A stretch of 64,000 bases of DNA, from NCBI GenBank assembly GCA_043228905.1, contig JBHGNT010000022.1, positions 5,456,001 to 5,520,000 on the forward strand, in the 5' to 3' direction. This DNA is from Azolla caroliniana (lineage: Eukaryota > Plantae > Polypodiophyta). The position numbers were made by a program, and so were the translations under genes. Below are positions 44,776 to 57,400 of this stretch, in pieces; the stretch's first letter is position 1, and each line of letters begins with the position of its first letter. Under the pieces are notes generated by a model that was not told the origin of the DNA, did no database searches, and worked only from the letters and a program-made list of their open reading frames with translations.

Positions 44776-47700
44776 TGTTCAAAAAACAACGTGCAGAAGC
44801 AATAGAAAACTGATTGTAAGAGAAAACACAGGTTTAATGGCGAGATCGGACATACACAGTATGCAGGAGAGACAGAGAGAGAAAGAGTCGATACACACAA
44901 CTCTATTCAAAATAATAATGCTCAATCTGTACATAGGATGTGCTCAATCAACACTTTTATACAAGTCCATACGAACTGACAGAAGTATTGACACGTACTT
45001 CAATGCTCATAAATGAGCTCTATACTAACTCCCAAAATATATTCCTATGTGGAATATCTTTCCAACGGCCTCGCGGTTTATGCACCGCTATGGCTTCTTG
45101 TTGCACACCGGTTTACACACCCGGTTTACGCACCTGTCCGGCCTAACTTATTGGTCCCAACTGATCTGGTTCTCGGCTTGCACAGCCGATCCAGCCAATG
45201 TTGAGCTTGTATCTCAAGACTCCCCCTCAAGCTCAACTTGAGGTTGTTCTGGTTCTTCTAGATCACTACTCCGGTTTCTTCTGGCTTCATGCCTTGCTTG
45301 CGCTCCTCGTCCTATTCGATTCTGCGCGCCTCGACCCTTTCGGTCAGCGTGTGTGCTCGTGTGGCCCTTCTTAGCTCCCTTGCTGTCGGGTGTTGGTACC
45401 TCTTCGGCTGCCCTTTCTTCCGCTTGGCCCTCGATTGATTCGGCGTCTCCAAATCAAACATCTAAACCAAATTAGCTTCCTTCGATCGGTTTTCGCTCTC
45501 GTCCAAGTTGGCTTCATCTCCCCCATGCTTGGCTAGCTTCGGCTCTTTCTTTCGGTTGGTTCCCTCACGTCCGCTTTCGGACTCTTTCTTCAGCCGACCC
45601 GAAATCAAATTCATCATTCGACTCGGGGTCACAGTCTCTTCCGCTCCTTTCTTGCTCCCTTCTTTGGTCTTTTGGAACTTTTCTCCCCCCGAAGTTTGGC
45701 ACATCGAGGTGTCGCAATCCAAGCGCACCCGAGAATTGCCGCAACTTGTCAAGACCAAGGGGCTTGGTGAAAATGTCAGCGGTTTGCCGATCTGTCGGAA
45801 CATACTGAATGAAGTTTGACTTCACTGGAGAGGACACGCTCGTGGGCAAAGTGGTAGTGCACCTCAATGTGCTTAGTCTGGGCGTGGAAGACAGGGTTCT
45901 TCGCTAACTGGATGCTGCTGAGGTTGTCAGAGTAGATCGTCATCGGATTGGACACCTCCACCTACAGGTCCTTAAGAAGCCGTTTCAGCCAGATGGCTTC
46001 GCATGTAGCGACAACCGCTCCTCTATACTCGGCTTTGGTGCTCGAAAGTGCAACTGTCGGCTGCTTCTTGCTACTCCACGCGATCGCAGCGCTCCCAAGA
46101 GAGAACGCGAATCCAAATGTGGATCGACGGTCGCCGACGTTTTCGGCCCAATCAGCATCGGTGTAGTTGACTAACTGCATGGCAATATCGGTCTGATATA
46201 GTAGCCCCCGGTCCTTAGTACCACTGATGTACCAGAGTACACGTTGTACGCACTGAAGGTGCTCCTCGGTTGGCTGCGCTATGAACTGACTAATCACACC
46301 GACTGGGTAACAGACGTCTGGTCGAGTGATAGTCAAGTATATGAGGCTTTTGACAATCTGTCGGAACCTCTTCAGGTCGCAAACCTTTCCGGAGTCAGGG
46401 CGAAGCTTGACAGTTCTATCCAGAGGAGTCGAGACGGACTTACAATCTACCATCCCGAACTTGACGAGCATACACAACATGTAATGTCGTTGGCTGATCA
46501 GTATTCCTTTGGGGGTATGGATCACTTCGATCCCGAGGAAGTAATGAAGGTCCCCCAAGTCCTTCATGTCAAATGATGCCGCGAGCTGGAGTTTTACGCA
46601 GTCAATTTCACCTAGGTCGGTGCCGCTGATGACCAAGTCATCAACATAAAGTAAAATACTAATCGGTCCGAGTCGACCTTTCCGAATGAATAGTGAAGGG
46701 TCCGATTTGGACGTCGCAAATCCCAGCCGACGCAATCGCTGCGTGATTTTCGCATTACAAGCACGCGGGGCTTGCTCTAGTCCGTAAAGGGACTTCTTCA
46801 ACCGGCAGACCGCCGAGGTGTTCATTCCGGAGTAAAATCCGGGGGTTGTACCATGTACACCTGTTCCTCAAGCTCGCCTTGCAAGAATGCATTCTTGACA
46901 TCCATCTGATGTAAATGCCACCCCTTCGCCGTAGCTACCGCAAGCAAAACACGGACGGTCGTCATCTTTGCGATCGGTGCAAACGTCTCATCGTAGTCGA
47001 TGTTGTGTTGCTGCATGTAGCCTTTCGCTACTAACCGGGCCTTGTATCGGTTGACCGAGATGTCAGTGTTGTACTTGACCTTGTACATCCACCTACATCC
47101 GATCGGCTTCACACCCTTCGATGCGTCAACTAGGTCCCAGGTTTCATTCTCCGACAGTGCGTGCATCTCTTCCTCCATTGCGGCACGCCAATTTGCGTCC
47201 TTCGCCGCTTCTGCGTAGCTCTCCAGCTCACACACTTCCGCTACACGCATCAAGTACTCATAGTGATGTGCCATGTACTCGTTGTAACCGAACTGCATAA
47301 CAGGGCTCTTCTGGCGGGTAGATCAGTGTAATTGCTCATTAGCCGATGTTGAGGCTTTCTTGGTCGACGCGGACTTCGCTTTCAAAGGCCCGCCATTGCT
47401 CTTATCAGAGTCAGATTCACGTCGATCCAAGTTTCCTTTATCCGTGCCGTACTCCGGCATCTTCTTCTTCCCTTTTTCCTTGTGCGTAAACCATCTCCTC
47501 GGCTTCCTACGCGGGGAATGCACGGCCAAGTCTCCACTACTCGCCGGCTCTTCTTCGGATTGGTCAAACCGACCCAGTCGCTCGTTCGGTCCACTTAGCC
47601 GAAATGAAATTGGACTCTCATCGAGGGTCTTGATCTCGCGGTCATCCGCAGTCATTTCAGCCTCGTTGACCTCATCGTCAGAACTCGGGTCCAGAGGTTC

Positions 47701-50145
47701 GGAGTTAGAGTTGAGGTTCGGAGTCGGAGGCAAGTACCAGGACGCGGACTCATCAAACAGAACATCGTGGCTCACGTGAGCTTGTTTGGTTCAGGGGTTA
47801 TAACACTTATAACCCTTCTATTCATCCGAATAGCTGACCAAGATACACTTCTCGGCTTTCGTGTCCAACTTCCTCCGTTTCTCCTTCGGCACATGTACAT
47901 ATTCAATGCTACCAAAAACACTTAAGTGTCGTAGATTCGGTTTCCTTCCGAAATACAGCTCATGCACTAACACCTTGTCTCCAATCCAATTCTAGATGTA
48001 GACCATGGTTCATACTGCTTCGGCCCAATAGAACTTGGGCAAGCTCTTTTCTTCTAGCATTGCTCGTGCCGCTTCCACAACCGACCAATTTTTCCTTTCG
48101 GCTACGCCGTTTTGCTTCGGCATATACCTGCAACTGAATTTGAGCCGAATTTCCATTTGTTGCAAATAACTGTTGAATGGGCGGGAAAAGTACTCTTTTC
48201 CGCCATCCAACTATAGGCACATGATCTTTCTCCTTGTTTCCCTTTCTACGAAGCTTGTGAGGTACCGGAAACAGTCGAAGACTTCACTCTTCTTTTCAAT
48301 GAGATAGATCCACGTGTGCCGCGTGTAGTCATCAATGAAGGAGACAAAATATCAACTCCCGCCAAGACTAACGTTCTGTGTCGTCCCCCATACATCCGAA
48401 TGTATCAAGTCGAGCTTGTTCCGGCTCTGGTTACGCTCGTTGGGGAAAGGAAGTCGGTGTTGCTTCCCTAGCTGGCAGGCTTCACAAATTTGGACCTTCC
48501 GGCCACTAAAATTGGGCAATCCGAACACAACTTGGTTCGATTGCAAGTCCTGAAGCCTTTGATAGTTGACGTGTCCTATCTGCTTGTGCCACAAGTCAAT
48601 ATCCGACTCGACTTTTTGTCCTTTTGCGAACATTGCGGTGCCAACGTCATTGGTGTCGAGGATAAACATCCTCCCATCTCTGCGCCCTTGCGCAATAACT
48701 TGGACTTCCTCCTTGATGAAGCACCTGAGATGCATGAACTAGACTTGCATCCCTCGTCGACGATCTGCCCAACCAACACCAGATTCTTCATGATTGTCGA
48801 GACGTGTAGCACGTTCATGCGTTTCCCTTTTTGCCAAACATGGCTCAGGGGAACTTCATCGACATTGTCGATCGGTTCTGGAGTGTCGTCTGCTGTTGCG
48901 ACTACTCCCGGTTGCATCAGTTTCTCAAGGTATGAGAACCACTCCTTATGGCTCGTCATGTGGTTTGACGTGCCGGAGTCAACGTACCACACCTCGTCCA
49001 ATTTCGGGGTGGTGTTTTTCATCGAGTTCGCTTCGTGTCTTGTCACGAAGGCTGCCCCCTTTTCGACTTTTTCGGATCCTTCGGTGTAGTGCGATTGCTG
49101 CTGATTTCCTTTGTCGGTTTGTCTGGATCCGGATCCGGTTCTCTCCGAATCGGCGTGCTTCTTCCAGCACTCGCTCTCCTTGTGGCCTTTCTTGCCACAG
49201 TACCAGCATTCCGCGACGGATTTCCCTTGCCAGTTCTCGTCACCTTGACTCCCCTTGTTTCCGGAGGGTCTGGAATTGATGTCGGCATCACTTCGGTGCC
49301 TTCTTCCTTGATCCCGTCGGCCGCCTCCATTGCGCACGGACTCGCCTTGTCCGCCATGACCACGGGGCCTATCTCCCTCTGTGTACAACATCTTGCTATC
49401 GGTGTGCATACTCGTCGATGCACCCACGTGGTTCTCCTCTATAAGGAGGATCGACTGTAGGTCGAAAAACGATGGCATATTCTCATGTGTGCACACAACA
49501 GTTCGGAACGCTCCGAACTTCGACGCCAGTCCCCCAAGACAGATCTGCACCATTTTGCCTTCCTCGACGTTCACATCGATGGAGGCTAAGGTGTAATCAG
49601 CCATCGACAAATCAAGTTGTCGCAAGTTGCCTAACACCTGTCGGAGTTGGAGCTTTCTAGTTGTGGTGCTTGCAACGAAAATCTTTTTCAGATTTCCCCA
49701 AGCATCCTTCGGCGTTTTCACATCCCGAATATAGCTCAGAAGCTGTTTGCCCACACAAGATCTGAAGCATTAGAGAACTCTACTCGTCGACTGTTCCCAA
49801 GCCAGGAAGTCTCTGTGTGTCGAATCAAGTGTTGTGTCATTTGCTCTGTCGACATAGCTCCAATATCCATGCCCGAGCAGGTATTGGTGCATCTTGTACG
49901 ACCAAGACGTGTAGTTGTTTCCGTCGAGCTTCTCGGTTGAAAGCGAGCTAGCCATGGCTCTATCCATTCTGTTTTTCTTGTTCTTTTCGAAGGTTAGGTT
50001 TTCTTCTCGAGCTAAGGTCGGTTGCAGAGGTTCTCAACCCTCACGCTCTGATACCATGTTTGAAGAACAATGTGCGGAAGCAATAGAAAACTGATCGTAA
50101 GAGAAAACACAGGTTTAATGGAGAGATCAGACATACACAATACGT

Positions 50146-50182
<37 letters not shown>

Positions 50183-50513
50183 TCGATACACACAACTCTA
50201 TTCAAAATAGTAATGCTCAATCTGTACATAGGATGTGCTCAGTGAGCACTTTTATACAAGTCCATACGGACTGACAAAAGTACTGACACATACTTCAATG
50301 CTCATAAATGAGCTCTACACCAACTCCCAAAATATATTCCTACGCGGAATATCTTTCCAACGGCCTCGCGGTTTACGCACCGCTATGGCTTCTTGTTGCG
50401 CACCGGTTTGCGCACTGGTTTACGCACCGGTCCGGCCTAACCGATCGGTCCCAACCGATCCGGTTCTCGGCTTGCATAGCCGATCCAGCCAATGTTGAGC
50501 TTGTATCTCAACA
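44776..50513 (-). mobile_element. Ty1/copia family B copy 3, full length but decayed, inserted in the LINE RT
   Basis: LTRs 44776-45219 and 50057-50513; perfect TSD attac (44771-44775 / 50514-50518); iMet PBS directly abutting the LTR; gag ATG 49967; CWYCGKKGHKESEC, WYVDSGTS, LLYVDDLVI. Confidence 0.95.
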
Positions 50514-51667
50514 ATTACCTTGGAGTTACAACATTGTATTGTCCGTGAACTTCGAGTCCAGTAGGAACTTCCCTGAGTTAGGGATCGAAAGACCATGTAA
50601 ATTTGCCACATGATTATTCAAAAAGATAGACATTGCTTCAATAATAAAGAGGAACAAAAAGGGGACGAGAGGACAACCCTGGATGATGGATCTAGTTAGA
50701 GAGATTCTAACTCCTTTCCTCCGTGCAATCAACACCTTACTTGAGCCATTCCTATACAAGGCTTGAGTACTACAACTCCATTCGCACAGTAGCTCAATGA
50801 CCTTCATCACTTCTTCAAGGAACGACCATTGCACTCAATCATAGGCTTTCTCGAAGTCTACCATTAGACAGGTTAAGTTTTGCTTGGTCTCCCTTGTCGT
50901 CGCAATAACCTCCTAGAATAATATCATGTTGTTCATCATAGACCGATACTCCATGAAACTGGTTTGATTGGTCTGGATGATATCTTCCAAAAAAGGCTCG
51001 ACTCTCACCACTAGTGTGTTAGCAAATGTTTTATAAATTAGATTTAAAATTGTAATGGGCATCCACTGTCTAATCTCATGCGATGCATTCTCATATTTAG
51101 GAATCAAGTATATCAAGTCTTCATTGAAGCTTCTTGGTATCCTTCCTGTTCTCCATATCTCTTGCAATCTTGCTTCCAAACTTGGAAACTTTTGCTCCCA
51201 AAATTCCTCGAAGAAGGATTTGGGAAGGCCATCAACTCCAAGACAAGCCATACTACGTATCCTCTCTAGCCCCGCTACAATCTCTTCCTTCTCTATGGCC
51301 ATTGACAACTGAGTTTTGGCTACCTCTCCAATCCTATTCTTCATGCATGCGACTACATGACACATCAAGTTAATCGGTGGGGCTTCTGTCAAAGTTAGAG
51401 CTAAAAGGTAATAATTAGTTGCTATTTGTAGGATTTCATCTTGATCAATCGCCATTGAATCATCCTCTTGCTTGAGACTTTGAATATGTGTCCCCCTCAG
51501 TTTCAGAGCGTTGCTAAGAAAAAATTCCCTGTTAACTTTATCGCCCTTGACAACCCACCATGTTGCTGACTTTCTGAAGAGGAATTTCTCAAGTTGTTGC
51601 CCAATCTCCTGCATCACCCTTGTGGTCACTTGCGGTTTGTCTTTCACCCAAGAACAATATGCATGTG

Positions 51668-51789
51668 GACTTCCGTCCTTAGATGTTGCAATCATTATTG
51701 ACACCTTACTAGCTCCTCCCTAGTTGAGATGACTTCCGTCCTTAGATGTTGCAATCATTATTGACACCTTACTAGCTCCTCCCTAGTTG
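51668..51789. repeat. Exact 59-bp tandem duplication with a 4-nt spacer inside the LINE
   Basis: gacttccgtcc...ccctagttg at 51668-51726 and 51731-51789. Confidence 0.95.
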
Positions 51790-53177
51790 CGTTCTGAAGA
51801 ACATATGAAGAATTAATAATCTTTTCCTCTAGTACCTATATCAGGTCATCGAATGATGGGGATGCCACCCAAATGTTATTCACTACATCCATAACCTTTT
51901 GGATACCAAACATCTTCTGAGGAATCCTCAAATTGCACTTATTCTTTCTCTTATGAATAGGATCGAGAATCAAGGAAACTAGAAGGTGATGTGAGTAGGT
52001 AAAGCCAACTAGAATGGACATGTAGCTGCTCCAATCCTCTATTTTGGGGCTCACATAGATGTGGTCCAATCTAGAGTGACATCCTTCACTCTCCTTCCAA
52101 CCAAATCATGAAAACCTTAAGGAATTCGCCTGAACCGCCATACTAGAATACCATGAATCCCGGATTCCAAGCATAGAAATTAAGAAACCCCATGATCTAA
52201 GCTCCTCTCCATGTAACAAGTTGAGTGAACCCCCAAAAATCTTCAATTCTCCTATCATATTAAAATCCCCTGCCGCTATCCAGTTCTCGAAGGAGGGAAT
52301 TGTGTTCGCCAGCACACTCCAAAATGAGGTCCTCTCGCTGCCACTATTTAGTGAATAGACATTCAACACCCCAAATTTTACATTCCTCCACTCCAGGTAG
52401 TTGAACATGGCCCTGCCTTCTATCAATATGCCATGATCTAAAATGGCAACATCAGTCGATTTCCCCACCGAAATACAGACTACACCTCTCCTCTCTAACT
52501 TACTGTGAGCGGGAGCCCACCATGTGTACCAATCCTCTGTCAACAGATCTTTGAAAAGTTTTGTTCTTTCCCATCCAAGGTGATGCTCTTGTAAGAGCAA
52601 AATGTCAATCGTCCTACATAAGCTAGCGACATCAAACCCCCTACTAAAAATTCGCTTCTCTAGCAGATGTTTGTGACCCACCAAGTTCATGCACATTCCA
52701 AGAGCAAATTCTCATTGACTTGGGTTCAAGAAAAACACCAAGGGGGATTCTCCCTTGCTCGACAAATATGTCTCCACCATAATCCATATAAATTCCCACT
52801 CCATTCTTATTTTACACTTTCGATCCATGGGTAATTCACCACAATGGAAGTGGAACAAACCAGTCTTGAAAAGGGTCCATAAACTCCCCTTATATTGGGG
52901 AGCTCTTCCACAACGTCTGTAGCCCCTCAACCTTGTTTTCAGATGTAAGGTACCGGATACACATTGGTGCCCTACTACAAAACGTCTATAAGTTTGAATC
53001 TTCTCCCCTTTCATCTTCCAAATCAGGCTCCAAGTCAAAAGAGCATCCGATCTCCGGTCTACCTGACTTATAATTGATGAGGAACATATGTGCTCTACTC
53101 CAACCGTGAACTCTTCCCCTAAGATTACTAATGCTCACCGCAACCTTGGTTACTTGCATAACTTGCATCTTCCATCC

Positions 53178-53575
53178 TGTTAGTTAGCCAACTAGCCAAG
53201 TATAGGGGTTGACAAGCTAGTCAGAGTCGGAGTTGGAGTCAAAGTCGTGGACTAATGTGTAAGGAAATAATCGAAATAGTATTTTAGCTGAGTAGGAAAA
53301 TAGAATAGCTAAAAAAATAAAATTGTTAGTGTAAATCTAGGTTCTTGCCGAACGGTAAGTGTATTATCTTGGAAGAGTCTCTCAGGTCACCTATAAAAGC
53401 GGAGTGGGAGCATTGTAACAACATCAGTCTACTTTGGTTATAAGTAATATAAATTTATAGTTGCTATTATGGTGTGTTGTGTACTCTTATTCATTATCTC
53501 TATTACGCAGATTATATATATATATATATATATAACTATTAATTGATCATAATAGTATTCCATAATCGTATTACA
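53178..53575 (+). repeat. Possible solo or partial LTR of an unrelated family
   Basis: Starts tgttag; cctataaaag TATA followed by ttgtaac; ends ...attaca. No TSD or partner LTR found. Confidence 0.35.
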
Positions 53576-53939
53576 TTTAAGAAAGCATTAAGCAAATGCG
53601 ACGGTATTCCATCTCCGATCACAATCCGCTTGACAGAATGACTTAGTGATTAAGACGTTCAACGCTTTGTGTCGGTCAACAGTGCCAACACATTCTTTCA
53701 ACATAACAAACTCAACTCCCACAATCGAGGGATTTCCGGCCACAATCCGTACGATCATATTAGTAGCTACGAGTAGAGCCATCGTACCACCCACTAGCTC
53801 TCACCATAGATGAGTAGGTGTTTTTTCAAGTTTGGAAGTACACTTGATTGTAAAGGGGTATTTAGAGCATAAGACCTTCTATCTTGTTTATGTGGTTATC
53901 ACAAATCAATTGTCTCAGTCGCAAGAAACAATAGTCGAT

Positions 53940-54310
53940 TATCCTTATGTTATGGAACATGATAAGGGTAATAGGATATGTTGATCACAATTGTTATATT
54001 GAGCCACTGATAGAGAATATAAGGTCAAATTGTAAGTTATGGGTGTTGGATAAACAACATTTGTTCATATTAGCATGGGACCCAGTTGATTATCAATGGG
54101 CAGTTGGGAAGACATGTTTTGTCGGATAAACGGGATATGTTACCAATTGCCTTTCAATACTGGAGTCAGTAGGGTATTACTCTGAAATTTCTTGCTAAGT
54201 TCTAGGTTAACCTATGGGCAAGAAAATAGTCATGACAAGGAATTCATGCATAGTGGTTACTTGTGCATCAAGCCTTGCTTGTTCGCACATGGCTACATAA
54301 GATGGGTGTA
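53940..54310 (+). pseudogene. LINE ORF2 C-terminal (zf-RVT-like) remnant, opposite orientation to the 44420-53170 LINE
   Basis: WLLVHQALLVRTWLHKMG at ~54255-54308 resembles the zf-RVT motif; upstream WDPVDYQW. Confidence 0.5.
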
Positions 54311-54462
54311 TGCTCTAGTTAGATCCACTTAGATCCATCATAAGCAAGGACCCTTATTTTTGAGAATGTAGGATATTGCAAGATCTTTGGTTGTATCGTT
54401 GCTCTACATATAACGCCATCTTCCTCCACACCATAGTCTTGATTACACACATATATTATTAT

Positions 54463-57400
54463 TGATGGAAATAATCGACACTTTCCAAACTTCACCTCTC
54501 GGCCACAACCAAGGAAACACACGAATCGTTGTTGCAGAAAATGGGTAATGCAAAAGTAAATAAGTGGACACACAATTTAACGTGGAAAACCCTGTACGGG
54601 AAAAAAACCACGGGAGTACAAGACTCCGAACCAAAACTATGCACAGAGAAATATACAATGGCGAGTTGCAAGGTGACGACCTTGAGCTCGCTGTCCTCGC
54701 CACAGGCGGCGGAATTACACAGAGGCGTCGACCTCTTCGTCTCTCACGCTCTATCTCTCTCACGGCTGCTCTCTCTTCACTCCTCTTGAGTGGAAAAACA
54801 GAAAAATGAGTAGCAACATCAAAACTGTTTGCCCTAAGTCATATTTATACACATATGACTTTAGGGCTATTTACAACTATAGCCTCAAGGGCCCTTGGCA
54901 AACATATTCACAGATATGTCCCCGCATCCGGATCTCTCTCCGGGTACATTCGTCGTCCGGCTCCGAAGTCGGGGTCTTCATCATCCGGTTCCGAAACCGC
55001 AACCGCGCTTGTCGTCATTCATCTCCGGACATCCGACCATCCCATCCGGAGGGACCGTAATCCCAACAAACTCCCCCTTCACTTCGGCATGGGATGTCTC
55101 TCCAATCCGATCCTCTTCCGGCATGCTTCCAGCTTGTCGGGTGTGAGCACCTTGGTCAGCATATCCGACCCGTTCTCGTCCGTGTGGATCTTCGTCAGCA
55201 CGAACTCCTTGTCTTCTATCCTTTCCCGGATCCAGTGATATCTTCGCTGGATGTGCTTCGTCCGGGAGTGATAGGCCGCGTTCTTCGCAAGGTGGATTGC
55301 ACTCTGACTGTCACAGTAGAGTCGGTACTCCTCCTGCCGGATACCGAGCTCTCTAATGAAGTCCTTCATCCATATTATTTCCTTGCCGGCTTCAACAGCC
55401 GCCATGTACTCCGCCTCCGTGGTGGACAACACAACCGTCTTCTGCAGCCTCGACTGCCATGAAACAGCTCCCCTTGCATACGTCATCACATACCCTGATG
55501 TGGACCGGCTGGTATCTGCATCAGCCGATATATCCGAATCGGTGAAGCCGTCGAGTTCGGGCTTACCGGAGCCGAATCGGAGGCACACGTTTGCCGTGCC
55601 CTTCAGGTATCGGAGTATCCACTTGGCCGCGTTCCAATGCTCTTTGCCGGGATTGCTCATGTACCGGCTCACCACTCCGACTGCATATCCTATGTCCGAT
55701 CGGGTACACACCATTGCGTACATCAAGCTCCCGACGGCAGAGGCATATGGTACTTTCATCATGTCCTCCTTCTCAGCCTTTGTCTTGGGGCTTTGCTTGC
55801 TGGACAACTTGCAGTTTGCCGGGAGGGGTGACCCGACCGGTCTTGCTTCCGACATGTTGAACCGGTGAAGCACCTTTGTCACGTACTTCTCCTGTGACAG
55901 CCACAACTGCTTCTTCTTCCGGTCCCGGATGATGTGCATCCCTAGTATTTGCCTCGCCGGACCCAGGTCCTTCATTGAGAAGGTTCGGTGAAGCGCTTTG
56001 TTCAGCATCCGTATCTTGACCTGGTCCCGTCCGACGATCAACATGTCGTCCACGTACAGGAGGAGTATTAGAAAGTCTCCTCCTTCGAACTTCTTCACAA
56101 ACACGCAATGATCGGACTGCGTTTTGTGGTACCCTTCGTCGGTCATGAAAGAGTCGAACTTCCGGTACCATTGCCGGGGAGCCTGCTTCAGTCCGTAAAG
56201 GCTCTTCTTCAACCGGCATACCAGGTGCTCCTTCCCTTTCTTCTCGAATCCTTCCGGTTGCTGCATGTAGATCTCTTCTTCGAGGTCACCGTGAAGGAAT
56301 GCCGTCTTCACGTCCATCTGTTCTACCTCGAGGTCCACGCTTGCCGCTATGCTCAGCACCGTCCGGATGGAGGTCATCTTCACTACCGGGGCAAATATCT
56401 CGTCGAAGTCGACGCCCTTCTTCTGCTGGAACCCCTTCACTACGATCCTGGCTTTCTATCTCAGGGGGTTTCCGACATCTCCCGGTTTCAGCTTGAACAC
56501 CCACTTGTTTCGAAGTGCCCGCTTTCCTTTCGGCAACTCCACAAGTTCATATGTGTGGTTCTCATGCAGGGAATCCATCTCCTCCTGCATGGCACTTAAC
56601 CACCTGCGGCTATGGGTGTCATGCTTCGCTTCTTCAAAGCTCTCGGGCTCCCCCTCGTCGGTTAGCAGCACGTGCTCTGGTTCCGGAAATCTCCGGGGAG
56701 CCCTTCTCTCTCTTAGAGGATATCTCCGTTCCGAAGCTTCGGTAACCGGTTCTTCCGATTCTTCTTCATCCGAATCCATTTCGGGATCGGGTCCGGTTCC
56801 GGTATCATTTTCATCTTCTTCGGCCGGTTCTGTTTCTTCACCGTCTTCGGCCGGATCTTCGAGTGTTAACCGGTCCCTTGCCGGTCGGGACTGCTCCTCG
56901 TAGAGTTTATCCTCACCGGTCGACTTGGAGCTCTTCATCTTCTTCTCCGACTCCCAGTCGGCGAGTGTCTTGTTCTCCATGAAGATGATATCACGACTCC
57001 GGAATATCTTCTTGTCGACCGGGTCCCATACTCGATAGCCGAACTCGTCATCGCCGTAACCGAGGAATATGCATGGCTGGGTCTTTGGATCTAGCTTTCC
57101 TCTCCGGTCCTTTGCCACATGCACGTATGCGAGACACCCGAACACCTTCAGATGCCGGTAGGATACTTCCCTACCGGTCCACACTCTCTGCGGCGTGTCT
57201 CCGTCCAAAGGTACTGAGGGTGATCTGTTTATCACGTATGTCGCCGTTGACATCGCCTCAGCCCAAAACCCCTTGGGTAATTCCGCATGCGCCAGCATAC
57301 TCCGGACCCTCACCATTATGGTCCGGTTCATCCTCTCGGCCAGCCCGTTCAGTTCCGGCGTCTTCGGCACAGTAAACTCGAGCCGGATTCCCTTCGAGCG

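Larger units (their letters stand above)
44420..53170 (-). mobile_element. L1-like LINE ORF2 remnant (APE endonuclease + RT), split by copia B3
   Basis: Endonuclease IDILLLQEHH, WIAAGDFNM, DHIYVS; RT GVDGLPKSFF, PITILNLIYK, DFEKAYD, QGCPLVPFLF, FTDNT. The reading frame resumes across the attac TSD with FCKASGASINWNKS. Confidence 0.9.
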
